Positions 13,043 to 25,214 of a stretch of DNA of 30,537 nucleotides are shown here, in pieces (the first letter of the stretch is position 1; every line of letters starts with the position of its first letter). The notes below the pieces were generated by a model. The model was given only the letters and a program-made list of their open reading frames with translations, did no database searches and was not told the origin of the DNA. Position numbers and translations under genes: made by a program. The stretch covers positions 1 to 30,537 of the forward strand of contig JAQGDQ010001667.1 in NCBI GenBank assembly GCA_030141605.1. Reading direction: 5' to 3'. This stretch comes from Tubiluchus corallicola (taxonomy: Eukaryota; Animalia; Priapulida).

Positions 13043-13393
13043 GTAGAAGAAAAATAACTACCTATGTTAAAGTAGTAGACATGTCAGGTCATTTGATCAC
13101 TCCGTGTTCCGTCGAACAGGCTGGTCATGCCGTGACCCCGTGACCTCAGCAAATAGACACAAGGTGAGACGAGTTTCAGTGACACTTGGACACTTGTAAA
13201 AACATGTACAGTAACAACAACAGTGTCCTACCATCAATACAGCTGTAGAAGTTAACAAGAAACAGACCCAGTTCTTATAGCAATACCTGATGAATTAGGC
13301 GAGTTTCCAGTCAACCAAGTTGTCGGTAATGATAGTTTTAATTCGTTACGTGGTTAAAAGCAACAACAGTCTTACTTGGATTGAAGTCTCGCT

Positions 13394-13541
13394 CGGAAGA
13401 GGTGCTGACAAGCCACTAGCATAGTAATGTCCAGCGTTTTTGCTGGATTACTGCCTGTGCTTTCCTTTCTTGAGGGCAGATTTATTTTAGAGTTCTGCTG
13501 CCCAGTGCCTGCAATAGACATAATTAGCATATGATGATGGC

Positions 13542-13575
<34 letters not shown>

Positions 13576-13650
13576 GCGGTGACGATAATGATAATGATGA
13601 TGATGATGATGGCGATGATGATGATGATGATGGTGGTGATGATGATGATT
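13394..13650 (+). mobile_element. Retroposon 3' end with expanded (GAT)n tail
   Basis: Homologous to 5272-5448 (minus strand). GAT tract at 13531-13650. Confidence 0.6.
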
Positions 13651-13786
13651 ACATGAATGATGAAAACATTACCACTGTGATGTCACACATGGTCACCAAC
13701 CTTGACCAAGTCACTACCATCAGCACCAGGACCAACTACAACAACCCAAACTAAATAACAAAAGTTTTAGAATGAAAGATCATGGA

Positions 13787-14345
13787 TTAAAGGAAGACAG
13801 GATGATTTTTCAATGCTATCCCATTTTCAATTTCGATAAAAAGCATACATATGAAGACAATTAATACTGCAAACGTGTTTCTGATAATTAAATAATAGAT
13901 TAAAAACTTAATTAACGGCAGGCGAGCTCAACTATTACTGACATCACAAACTAACACAATTTTCAACAGCAAAAATATTCCGTGAGTGTGTTGCACGTGT
14001 TTGCGAAAGCGAAAATTGAAGTTCAGTGCTACTGTAAGATATTCAGTGTGTTGCACTAAAACCAGGCAAGTTTAAAGATGAAAATTAAAATTTACGGCTG
14101 TGCTCGCGCGCGAGCTGTCGAGCGTGTGCAGTATGTCACAAACGAACACACCTAAACTTTACAGTACCTGTTTTTTGTGCAATGCGTTTCCGAAAAGCAG
14201 GCGCTAGTGCCCGTCTAACTAGCGAATGGAGAAATGCATGTAACAGTGAAGAACTAGTGGCGCGAACGTGAAATTGTGTTTGTGTGGCAATAATTCTTTC
14301 ACGTAAGTCATTTTTGTAAAGTGTAAGTATACAATGACTTTAAAA
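13787..14345 (-). mobile_element. Family B TTAA MITE, near full length, reversed
   Basis: Begins TTAA|AGGAAGACAGGATGATTT on the + strand and matches about 26360-26910 in reverse complement. Confidence 0.85.
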
Positions 14346-14421
14346 TAAAGAATTACAGCTTCTTCATGAATTTTGTACTCACAATTAAAATGTAGTTTAT
14401 CTGTAGTTTTCATGATTTTCA

Positions 14422-14572
14422 TGGCAGGCGTCTTTCCTTACGCATCAAGCACATTTGCATAAGTGTTACAGTACTGTTTAAACGCATGACGTCACGAAAA
14501 ATGGGCTCTACATCATATGACGTCAGATACTAACACTGCAGTTCGTGATCATGGCTATCACGGTACCGCCTT
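14422..14572 (+). mobile_element. Family A MITE internal fragment
   Basis: GGGCTCTACATCATATGACGTCAGA...CACGGTACCGCCTT is also present at 15172-15241, with a related block at 28460-28530. Confidence 0.75.
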
Positions 14573-14948
14573 ACAGCTGACAAAGTCCGCGAAGGACAGA
14601 AGCTTCTGGAAAAATGAAATTTTTTTGAGATTAAACGGCACTTTGTCTACTTCATGGTTATGACCACGGCAAGAACTATCAGAAGAGTACTACCTGATTT
14701 TCAAGCTATAAATACGTTTTTATTGCTGTCTATTATTGCAGGTTTATTTTCTAGTAAATCTATAAATTCATTTAAAATTTCTTCAACTTGGGCTACATTA
14801 TTTTATCTTAAACGCCAATTATGGTTTATAAGACAATTCAGATGTATAAACTGTTTCGAAAAATCGATAACTTAGATCACACTAATTTTGCGCATCGAGA
14901 TTAATTTTTGTTTTTGTAGCTGAATAGCTGTTATTTACTGCAACTGTT

Positions 14949-15441
14949 TTAAAGGAAGACCGGACGATTGTTTAGACTCATTCTCATTTTAATTTACTGT
15001 CCAAAATATACATTTTCTTGTCTATAAAAGTTAACAATTGTTCCTTATATTTGAATAATTAGCTTAGAAAGTTGATTAACTGCAACCGAACACAGCTATT
15101 GCTTACATCACAAACTAACCACAGTTTGTGCAATGGCAGACATCTTCATAATAAGATGTGTCACGAAAAACGGGCTCTACATCATATGACGTCAGAAACT
15201 AACACTGCAGTTCATGATCATGCTTATCACGGTACCGCCTTCTATTTGTCGGCCACGCGAATGTGACAAATGTGACACGCTGCCATTCACTGAACCGCGC
15301 TTATCTTTGAATGTTATCGAAATTTGAGTATCTGAGGTAATTATTATTTAATCTAAGCCTTGATTTAAATAAGCTATTGTAGCTTTCAATATTTTAGAGC
15401 ATTCTTTATTCTGAACTAATGTTTATACAATCATCCGGTTT
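14949..15441 (+). mobile_element. Family A TTAA MITE, near complete
   Basis: Left TIR TTAA|AGGAAGACCGGACGATTGTTTAGAC. The right end ACAATCATCCGGTTT is degraded. Colinear with 28190-28734. Confidence 0.85.
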
Positions 15442-15509
15442 ACACCGTAACAGGTTTCAACTTCCACATTATGCATCTGATACTAAATACACAGACTCAA
15501 CTTTCATCT

Positions 15510-15922
15510 ACCCCCGCCTCTGACTCCATACGACGATTAAAAATGAATTTTTTTTAAATTATGTAATGTAATACGTGTTATGTTAGTTTTGTAATGTCAA
15601 ATGTATAAATAGTGTAAATGTAATGAGTGAAATTTATGTAATGTAAAGCATGTTTCTGTTAATTGTGTCATGTCAAATGTATATATAGTGTAAAATATGT
15701 CATGTAAAATTTAATGTACTTTTTTGTAAAAATATTTTAATATGGTGTTTGTAAACATGTTCATTTATTGTATACAATTAGGCCTTAGTTTTGCACTTTA
15801 GTTTTTTTAGTCTGCACTGGACGCATTTGTCTTAAACAGTGTTGTTATTTTAACATTACGCTGAGGCTTACTGAATTTTATTATAATGAGTGAACCATTT
15901 TAATGACAAATAAAGAATTTAT

Positions 15923-16008
<86 letters not shown>
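15510..16008 (+). mobile_element. LINE 3'UTR copy with (TA)n tail
   Basis: Direct-orientation match to 8210-8616, then AATAAA and a (TA)n tract at 15920-16008. Confidence 0.65.
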
Positions 16009-16010
<2 letters not shown>

Positions 16011-16846
16011 TCTTCTAACTCTCTTCTTTCTAAACTATGGCGTTTATTCAACTTTGTAAAAGATAAAGGGGCGTTCAAACTGTTCGTTCATTTTACAACG
16101 TGTAAACACGATTTTCTTCCACATTTTCTACCTAATTGCATTTAACTTAATCCATAAAAACTGACAAAAACTTTCAACAAACTGACTTCCTGTCTGCTGA
16201 TATTTTTCAATATCATCCTAACCGCTTGCAGCTTTTCATAAAATCACAATATTTTCACTGTGGCAGCCTTCTGGTGTTAATGATACCTGCTTGATTAGAA
16301 GAAGCTGAGGAAAGCATCCCATCTCCCAGCGTGCAGGGGTTTAGTTAGAACATGGCTTCAACGTTCATAACAGTAGCAGTAGATAATCCCACGTCCGGAA
16401 TAAAAACGTGTAACAGTTCGGGCTACAAGTTCGAATACGAATCGAGTCTTCTGCTGTCAGATTAGCATCAATGATTAGTAGAGATTCTTGCACAAATCTG
16501 ACAAATCTCTATAATTGCTTACACTTGTCACTAGAGGGGGTTGGAGATATTTTAGCTTAGCACTAACCACCCTTTGCAAACGTATCATTTTCTTACGCAG
16601 GCGATAATTTTCAATTTTTTACCATTTTGAAAAACTGAATTTCAATTTTGAAAAGTTAAACTCAGTTTCGACATTTCAGTTTCATTGTCTGTTCGTAGGG
16701 GGCGCTCTGCACTGCACCCCCTTCAACGAACGCCCTCGCCTGGCATGTGAACATATTTTACAGTTTATTTTTCTAGCCCATGTGCGAAACATAGCAGTTC
16801 GTCTTGCTCAGACTTAAATTGGGATACAGAAAATGCTAAAGACACC

Positions 16847-17302
16847 AACTTGTAGCAGACTAAGGCTTGGCCCCCAGAATAAAACAGCAATGAACAGACC
16901 GGGTGAAACAAAACAAACCCTGGTATGTAGAGAATAGAGTTTGCAACTTGCCTGCTCGCTTCTGTTTGGTGCAGCAAATATCGCACATCCTACATGCTGT
17001 AACTTGTAGCAGACTAAGGCTTGGCCCCCGGAATAAAACAGCAATGAACAGACCGGGTGAAACAAAACATGCCCTGTTATGTAGAGAATAGAGTTTGCAA
17101 CTTGCCTGCTCGCTTCTGTTTGGTGCAGCAAATATCGCACATCCTACATGCTGTAACTTGTAGCAGACTAAGGCTTGGCCCCCGGAATAAAACAGCAATG
17201 AACAGACCGGGTGAAACAAAACATGCCCTGGTATGTAGAGAATAGAGTTTGCAACTTGCCTGCTCGCTTCTGTTTGTTGCAGCAAATATCGCACATCTTA
17301 CA
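16847..17302. repeat. 154-bp tandem repeat, about 3 copies
   Basis: AACTTGTAGCAGACTAAGG recurs at about 16847, 17001 and 17155. Confidence 0.97.
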
Positions 17303-17447
17303 CATTTTCTTGTGTGCTAAAAGTGCTTTTATATACTTTTCATTGTAACTGTATTATGAAGTAAGTATTGCACCGTTTCTTCTTGTTTTTTTTAGTGTTT
17401 TCACTATTTTAATAAGCGTAACTTTACTTGTTAGTTATCACAAACTG

Positions 17448-17454
17448 CAACAGC

Positions 17455-17508
<54 letters not shown>

Positions 17509-17555
17509 AACAGCAACAACAACAACAGCAGCAACAACAGCAACAACAACAACAA

Positions 17556-17587
<32 letters not shown>

Positions 17588-17721
17588 ACAACAACAGCAG
17601 CAACAGCAACAACAGCAGCAACAGCAACAGCAACAACAACAACAACAACAACAACAGCAGCAACAACAGCAACAACAGTAGCAGCAACAACAACAACAAC
17701 AGCAACAACAACAACAACAGC

Positions 17722-17776
<55 letters not shown>

Positions 17777-17799
17777 GCAGCAACAACAGCAACAACAGT

Positions 17800-17833
<34 letters not shown>
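17448..17833. repeat. (CAA)/(CAG) compound microsatellite
   Basis: Directly visible. Confidence 0.98.
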
Positions 17834-17844
17834 GTTTACCTACC

Positions 17845-18123
17845 TGTTCACGCAAAAATATGACAAAACTACCTGCCTATTTTCTTTTGTAAAAAGTTGT
17901 TACACATTTAATGAAGATCGACGGTGCGCTAGTTTTCTTTAAGACGAATGACGTCATTGGAGGAAGAATGAGCTTTAATGTCCAAACGGGAAATGATCGC
18001 GACTTTAATGTAATTTAACTACAGGCGGCGCTCCTATCGCAATTTTAGCACTAAATCTTTCTATCATTGTTCGTGAACATTGGAATAAACCTGACCTCCT
18101 AGAAGGCTTGATCTTTCCTTTAA
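17845..18123 (-). mobile_element. Family C MITE, left half, reversed
   Basis: Its reverse complement starts TTAAAGGAAAGATCAAGCCTTCTAG and aligns with 1024-1300 (e.g. CCAATGACGTCAT, TAGCGCAC, TCTTCAT). Confidence 0.8.
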
Positions 18124-18454
18124 ACTGATTCGTAATTCCAATTTTATTTTCTGAAGGTTTCTGTTCTTCTCAAACTGTCTACTTACGGAGGTAACCTAGG
18201 GTCACCCCATTTCAGCTCTTTTGCTATTGACGCAATATTATTTGACGGTAAAATTTGCATTAACTGTGTGAATTTAAAATTAAAAATTGAACGGTTAAAA
18301 TTTGTTTAACTGTTTGACAAAATAGTTTATAATGAAATACTCGCTACTAATTAAATTTCTTTCTATTAAATTTAATTGGTTTTTGATGCTCAGAGTTCGT
18401 CTTTTGCCATGCAGAACGAATCATTCGTTGTTGTTGTGTTAAGCCTGTTTATAA

Positions 18455-18830
18455 ATTCAAACGTTCATATATCAAATAATTTTACACCAATGATTGACTC
18501 AGGAGTTGTATCGCAGTGCCATCTGCAGTACGAAAACGTAAGGATAAGATACGTAATGCCGTTTACCGTACTGTATCGATATTCAAACGCTTATATATCA
18601 AATAATTTTACACCAATGATTTACTCAGGAGTTGTATCGCAGTGCCATCTGCAGTACGAAAACGTAAGGATAAAATACGTAATGTCGTTTACCGTACTGT
18701 ATCGATATTCAAACGCTCATATATCAAATAATTTTACACCAATGATTTACTCGGGAGTTGTATCGCAGTGCCATCTGCAGTACGAAAACGTAAGGATAAA
18801 ATACGTAATGCCGTTTACCGTACTGTATCG
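18455..18830. repeat. 126-bp tandem repeat, 3 copies
   Basis: TTCAAACG anchors at 18456, 18582 and 18708. Confidence 0.97.
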
Positions 18831-19015
18831 CTGCGTCATCTTGCGGATAGATTTGCGAAAGTAATATTAAGCATGGTGTAAAAACAGTTGTTGTATATAC
18901 TCGACCCCTTAATGAGTAAGAATAGGTAGAAGGCCATGGGATATAGATAAACACCATCGCCATCAGTTTTATTATTTTAGAATTTTTTTTCGCCATTAGT
19001 AATGTTGACTGTCGT

Positions 19016-19944
19016 CAATGCTGTACCAATATTGGACGACCATATTGGTTCAATGCTGTACCAATATTGGACGACCACATTGATCCTATGCTGTACCAAT
19101 ATCGGACGACCATGTTGATCCAATGTTGTACCAATATTGGACGACCATATTGACCCAAAGCTGTACCAATATTGGACGACCATATTGATCCAATGCTGTA
19201 CCAATATCGGACGACCATATTGGACCAATGCTATACCAATATTGGACGACCATATTGGTCCAATGCTATACCAATATCGGACGACCATATTGGTTCAATG
19301 CTGTACCAATATCGGACGACCATATTGGTTCAATGCTGTACCAATATCGGACGACCATATTGGTTCAATGCAGTACCAATATCGGACGACCACATTAGAC
19401 CAATGCTATACCAATATTGGACGACCATATTGGTCTAATGCTGTACCAATATCGAACGACCATATTGGTTCAATGCTGTACCAATATCGGACGACCACAT
19501 TAGACCAATGCTATACCAATATTGGACGACCACATTGGTCCAATGCTGTACCAATATTGGACGACCATATTGGTCTAATGCTGTACCAATATCGAACGAC
19601 CATATTGGTTCAATGCTATACCAATATTGGACGACCATATTGGTTCAATGCTGTACCAATATTGGACGACCACATTGGTCCAATGCTGTACCAATATTGG
19701 ACGACCACATTGGTCCAATGCTGTACCAATATTGGACGACCACATTGGTCCAATGCTGTACCAATATTGGACGACCACATTGGTCCAATGCTGTACCAAT
19801 ATTGGACGACCATATTGATCCAATGCTGTACCAATATTGGACGACCACATTGGTCCAATGCTGTACCAATATCGGAGGACCATATTGACCCAATGCTGTA
19901 CCAATATTGGACGACCATATTGGTCCAATGCTGTACCAATATCG
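19016..19944. repeat. 35-bp minisatellite, about 26 copies
   Basis: Unit CAATGCTGTACCAATATTGGACGACCATATTGGTY, with no unique spacers. Confidence 0.98.
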
Positions 19945-20820
19945 CACGAAAATATGTAATATTGTACCAACTGTTTGAGAACTAAACTAAGTATGGCGCT
20001 TCTCGAGTAAAAATGGTTACGTAGAATTAGCTGTAGATCTTAGATCTTCGCAACGTAGCATTAGCTGTTGTCTAAAACTCAAATGTTAAACCATTGTATA
20101 ACTATGCGCATATTTTACATCTATCTTTCTTGTTTTCTGTTGGATGTAAACAGTATAATCAACCTAGAATATCGCTAATTCGCATACATTTTCTACCTAG
20201 CGAAATGCTCAAATAAACGTAAACTAGGGCTTCAGTCACTCATTAATCGGTTTCATACATATCACTAAAATTACAGATTTTTACATATTTTGTGCTGTAG
20301 AGATGATAATAGTGACAATATTTTCTGCATAGTTTTTATCAACATGCTGTCAAAATCGTGACCATATTGGACAATATGGAGCTGAACAGGTGAAAGTGAA
20401 TTATACAGTTCTATTCATAGGCACCAGGCCAGCCAACCTACAGGTAATGTTATGACCTCCACTTTAAACTAGGAAGCCCATAACATCACCTGCGATTGGT
20501 TGAGCAGTGGTTTCCTGTGGAAAGAACGAACACGTGACATCGTCAGTTGTCTTCTGGTTGTCATGGAATGCACTTCTCCTGTCTGCCTGCCGAGTGTCGT
20601 GGATTCCGTAAGGTTTGAAGCATTGTCATCAGTTTTTTTCCCATTGTGTTGTTCTTCTCAGCCGTCCCTTTTGAATTCTAAGTTTTGGTTTTGTTGTTTC
20701 TTTTATTTTAAATTTCTGGAGTGTCCGTTATGCAGTGCTTACCCGCATCACCGATGTCGGGCCGTAAGGCTATCTACCGGATCGAACCCTGGAACAATAT
20801 CGTGAGCTGCCTAGTTCATC

Positions 20821-20993
20821 TTATCCTACCACTGTAGCTCTACTACACCTAGTTTTGCTCATATCTGGACGACATACACAAGTATTGGAGTATTCATTGC
20901 AATATCTACCCAGCCATATTCGTTGAGTTCCGTCAGGCTCCGTGAGGAATATGCACTCATCGCTTGTAAGACAGAAACCGCCAAGCGGAACAC
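20821..20993 (-). CDS. Probable last coding exon, six-cysteine EB/EGF-like module ending at TAA
   Basis: Acceptor tttatttctctttcaAG|GT, phase 1: (G)VPLGGFCLTSDECIFLTEPDGTQRIWLGRYCNEYSNTCVCRPDMSKTRCSRATVVG*. AATAAA on the minus strand at 20702-20707. It is uncertain whether the TAA is the native stop. Confidence 0.75.
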
Positions 20994-21780
20994 CTTGAAA
21001 GAGAAATAAACTTGAGTTGAATACGAGTTTTGTCGCAGCAATTATGTTGAGAATTACGTCGGACCAGTTCTAGCATAAAGGAAAGACCAGGTCTTCAGGG
21101 AAGTTAGTGTCGGAATCATCTTTAATGATGTTAAATACTAATAATATGCTTTTCGTGAACTTGGTTTAGATACAAAAAATCTTCAGTCTAATAGTTTTAA
21201 AACTCCAACACTTCAAGAAAAGAACAAAAAACTAGAATCTAAACATTTTTGTCACTTCACTTTTTTACAACAAAATTTCAGTTACTTGCAGCCAAAATTT
21301 AGGCAAGTAAATTGGCTCCGGATCACAGACAACTGAGCTTTTGACTCTGACTACGTGTGCTGCCCTCTTTTGGCAGGTTATATAAGTTTTTGAGGCTTTT
21401 TACGGCTTATAAACCATGCAGTCAAGGCTCACAAAATACCCATCGAAATCTGGCCCACCACACATGTTTCGCTAAGACTTTGGGTAATTTTTTTTCTATT
21501 TTTCGTGTTGCATTATTATTTTGACCTTCAAGGTCAAAGTCAAGGTGAAGAACTGTACAACCAAAATTTGTCCAGTATCTGGTACTGGCACTGTGGGTTG
21601 GCCTAACTACTTATGCATTGTAGTCGTTTGTACTTCGTGTATTATTTGTATTATTCATTGACTAATTGGGCTGATAATTGCTTGACTGACCGATTGGTTG
21701 ACTGACTAAGCAACATTTTTCACCATCTCATTAATTGAATTAGTAAATATCCTTAATCTTTCCACATACTCATTACTCAC

Positions 21781-21888
21781 CCTCGATGACGCATATTCCC
21801 CCACCACTGACACGGACACACCTAGATACTTCTGCGCCCTGGCGGCGACAATCCTCGTCAAGGTTGCAAGGATCCCAGTTTCTAGGAA
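21781..21888 (-). CDS. Cys-rich module exon of the same gene
   Basis: Acceptor ttacactttaaAG|TT and donor G|GTGAGT. 108 bp symmetric phase-1 exon, GC-rich relative to its flanks: (I)PRNWDPCNLDEDCRRQGAEVSRCVRVSGGGICVIE(G), pattern C-x5-C-x9-C-x8-C. Confidence 0.8.
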
Positions 21889-22250
21889 CTTTAAAGTGTA
21901 ATAATAAATTATGACAGTCCTAAACTAATCAAATGGTAAACAGTGTGAAATGCCTGAACTTGGGTCACTGTTTTCAGTTTTACCTATATATATATATATA
22001 TATGTATAATATTACCTATATATTACTGAAACCAGCTTGAACTATAAAAATGGAAATGCACGAAGGTTGTAACTTAACCACAGTCAATGAGCCTTTGCAC
22101 AATTCCAACAATTGACGATGATCGTGAAAATGTCAAAGATCAAGCGCACCAAGCAATCTTATATGTTGACCCAACTCCGTATGAAAAGAGTTGAAACTCT
22201 GTTTGTCATTACGAAAAAGAAACTTTTACTGTAGTCCCGTAATTTTGACG

Positions 22251-24083
22251 TTAAAGTCAAACTAAACTCTCACTATAATATAAGCTTTTACTGTCACTAC
22301 GAACATTCAGTTTATTTTATCATAAACTTACTGTAAAACTTGTTTCTTTTGATTTTTTATCACTTCGTTGTTAACGGTGTTAAATTTGAAGAACCGCCAT
22401 TTTTCGTTGAGCGAGACGAATGACGTAATGAGTGCAGTCACGAGGTAACCAAAGGTTAGTAAGTGAGACAAATGGCATAATGAGTACAGTCACGAGGTCA
22501 CCAAAGATTAGTAAGCGAGTCGAATGAAGTAATGAGTGCAGTCACAAGGTCACCAAAGATTAGTAAGTGAGACAAATGGCGTAATGAGTACAGTCACGAG
22601 GTCACCAAAGATTAGTAAGTGAGACGAATGACGTAATGAGTGCAGTCACGAGGTAACCAAAGATTAGTAAGTGAGACGAATGGCGTAATGAGTACAGTCA
22701 CGAAGTCACCAAAGATTAGTAAGTGAGACAAATGGCATAATGAGTGCAGTCACGAAGTCACCAAAGATTAGTAAGTGAGACGAATGACGTAATGAGTGCA
22801 GTCACGAGGTCACCAAAGATTAGTAAGTGAGACAAATGGCGTAATGAGTACAGTCACGAGGTCACCAAAGATTGGTAAGTGAGACAAATGACGTCATGAG
22901 TACAGTCACGAAGTCACCAAAGATTAGTAAGTGAGACGAATGACGTAATGAGTGCAGTCACGAGGTCACCAAAGATTAGTAAGTGAGACGAATGGCGTAA
23001 TGAGTACAGTCACGAGGTCACCAAAGATTAGTAAGTGAGACGAATGGCGTAATGAGTACAGTCACGAAGTCACCAAAGATTAGTAAGTGAGACGAATGGC
23101 GTAATGAGTGCAGTCACGAGGTCACCAAAGATTAGTAAGTGAGACGAATGACGTAATGAGTGCAGTCACGAGGTCACCAAAGATTAGTAAGTGAGACAAA
23201 TGACGTAATGAGTGCAGTCACGAAGTCACCAAAGATTAGTAAGTGAGACAAATGACGTAATGAGTGCAGTCACGAAGTCACCAAAGATTAGTAAGTGAGA
23301 CGAATGACGTAATGAGTGCAGTCACGAAGTCACCAAAGATTAGTAAGTGAGACGAATGGCGTAATGAGTACAGTCACGAAGTCACCAAAGATTAGTAAGT
23401 GAGACGAATGACGTAATGAGTGCAGTCACGAAGTCACCAAAGATTAGTAAGTGAGACGAATGACGTAATGAGTGCAATCACGAGGTCACCAAAGATTAGT
23501 AAGTGAGACGAATGGCGTAATGAGTACAGTCACGAAGTCACCAAAGATTAGTAAGTGAGACAAATGACGTAATGAGTGCAGTCACGAAGTCACCAAAGAT
23601 TAGTAAGTGAGACAAATGACGTAATGAGTGCAGTCACGAAGTCACCAAAGATTAGTAAGTGAGACGAATGACGTAATGAGTGCAGTCACGAAGTCACCAA
23701 AGATTAGTAAGTGAGACGAATGGCGTAATGAGTACAGTCACGAAGTCACCAAAGATTAGTAAGTGAGACGAATGACGTAATGAGTGCAGTCACGAGGTCA
23801 CCAAAGATTAGTAAGTGAGACGAATGGCGTAATGAGTGCAATCACGAGGTCAACAAACATTGGTAACCAAAGACCCTTTCTGTACCTAGTATTCTCGCTC
23901 ACTCTCGCCAAAGACGCGAAACATGGCGATCTTTACGGCAACACACGCGTTCGAAATTCGCCAGAAAACAGGAAGTTACTCAATTCAGTCTCTTTTGTTT
24001 AACAATAACTTTAAATTATTCGTGTAATAATAACAATGCGTTAAGAAAACCTCAATGTCTGTTGGGGTTGTACAAGCCTTTAA
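22251..24083. mobile_element. Possible TTAA-flanked MITE expanded by an internal minisatellite
   Basis: TTAA|AGTCAAACTAAAC lies ~160 bp left of the 52-bp array and GTTGTACAAGCCT|TTAA lies ~225 bp right of it. TIR similarity is weak and there is no second copy in the window. Confidence 0.35.
22411..23857. repeat. 52-bp minisatellite, about 28 copies (intronic)
   Basis: Unit GAGACGAATGACGTAATGAGTGCAGTCACGAGGTCACCAAAGATTAGTAAGT. Confidence 0.98.
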
Positions 24084-24262
24084 ATTTCTTTATGAAGACA
24101 ATGCAGATACTTTACCTTTCATACAATGACCCGCGATGTTGCCAAAATTTCTCCCTGTATCACATACGCATATCTTTCTGCCGTAAGTTAGTTTACATAT
24201 AGCATTTTCTGGACATTGGTGATCTAATACACACTGCTCTCCAATTGACGATCCTAAATAAA

Positions 24263-24263
24263 G

Positions 24264-24296
<33 letters not shown>

Positions 24297-24522
24297 ACAA
24301 CAAGAGCAGCAGCAGCAACAACAACAACAACAACAGCAGCAGCAGCAGCAACAGCCGCAACAACAACAATAACAACAGCGGCAACAAACAAACAACAACA
24401 GCATCAACAAAGAAACAATAACAAACAAACAACAATATCAACAACAACAAATAAACAAACAGTAACAGCAACAACAACAACAACAGCAGCAGCAGCAACA
24501 ACAACAACAACTAAACAAACAA
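24263..24522. repeat. Degenerate (CAA)/(CAG) microsatellite
   Basis: Directly visible. Confidence 0.95.
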
Positions 24523-24927
24523 TATTCTGCAAAAAACGCTTTTCGAACGCCTATATTTAGGTGCAAATCAAAGAGAACACTTTTTATAAAGCTGCAACCT
24601 TTTAGGAAAAAGACATGCAGTTTACATGCAGTTTCATTAATATTTGATTAATCTTTTAATTAGTTATTTAGAGGAACTGATTCAAAGTAATTTAACTGTC
24701 GCCAAAATAACTTTTGACTGTTTCATCTTTTAAAGTAAAATCTTCTTTAAAGTATAGTACTATAAACAAAAATACAGTAGTTTTATAACAATTATCATTT
24801 ATTTTTTGTAATATTGGTTGTAGATGGCGCTGTTGTCAATATTCAGTCGTCACACATACATTGCTTATGATTGACTGGTATGCAGTGTACATTTTTTGTA
24901 CTAAAAACTGTGTATTTTTATTTTATA

Positions 24928-25214
24928 CAGTAAGTCCTCGCTTAACGACGTTAATCCGTTTCAGCAAAACGCGCTGTTAAGCGAAACGTCGTTAAACGAA
25001 ACCAAAAGTTCCATAGAAAGTAATGTAAAAGAATTGAGATACGTTCCAGAGGCAAGAATCAATACTGTGTAAATCATATGAGTTAAACGTTTTATGAGTT
25101 TGTTTATGGGTTTTACTGATTAATTTCTTTCTGCTTGCTTAAATGCTGTCAAATGTTAAGTGTCGTTAAAATGAAACGGCGGTAAACGAGGAGTCGTTAA
25201 GTGAGGACTTACTG
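24928..25214. mobile_element. Complete Tc1/mariner (pogo/Tigger-like) MITE, 287 bp
   Basis: TA|CAGTAAGTCCTCGCTTAACGAC ... GTCGTTAAGTGAGGACTTACTG|TA: 22-bp TIRs with one mismatch and a TA target-site duplication. Confidence 0.92.

Noticed and set aside
17424-17892. Poly-N/Q/L ORFs
   Set aside because: CAA/CAG microsatellite abutting a MITE, with no coding context.
18376-18864. 162-aa ORF with three 42-aa repeats
   Set aside because: It is explained by a near-identical 126-bp triplication, and I recognise no domain.
19016-19944. CRISPR array (35-bp, partly palindromic repeat)
   Set aside because: Units are head-to-tail with no unique spacers, there are no cas genes, and the context is eukaryotic. 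The same applies to the 51-, 52-, 72- and 97-bp arrays.
20301-20443. Plus-strand signal-peptide-like exon MIIVTIFSA*FLSTCCQ... as the partner of the + strand ZP-N exon
   Set aside because: It has an in-frame TAG, and its donors are phase 0 whereas the 27988 exon needs phase 1.
20330-20823. Stop-codon reassignment (TAA/TAG read as sense) extending the minus-strand gene
   Set aside because: About 225 upstream codons in five exons contain no TAA or TAG, while stops after 20823 occur at roughly chance frequency. A real stop or sequence decay explains this better.
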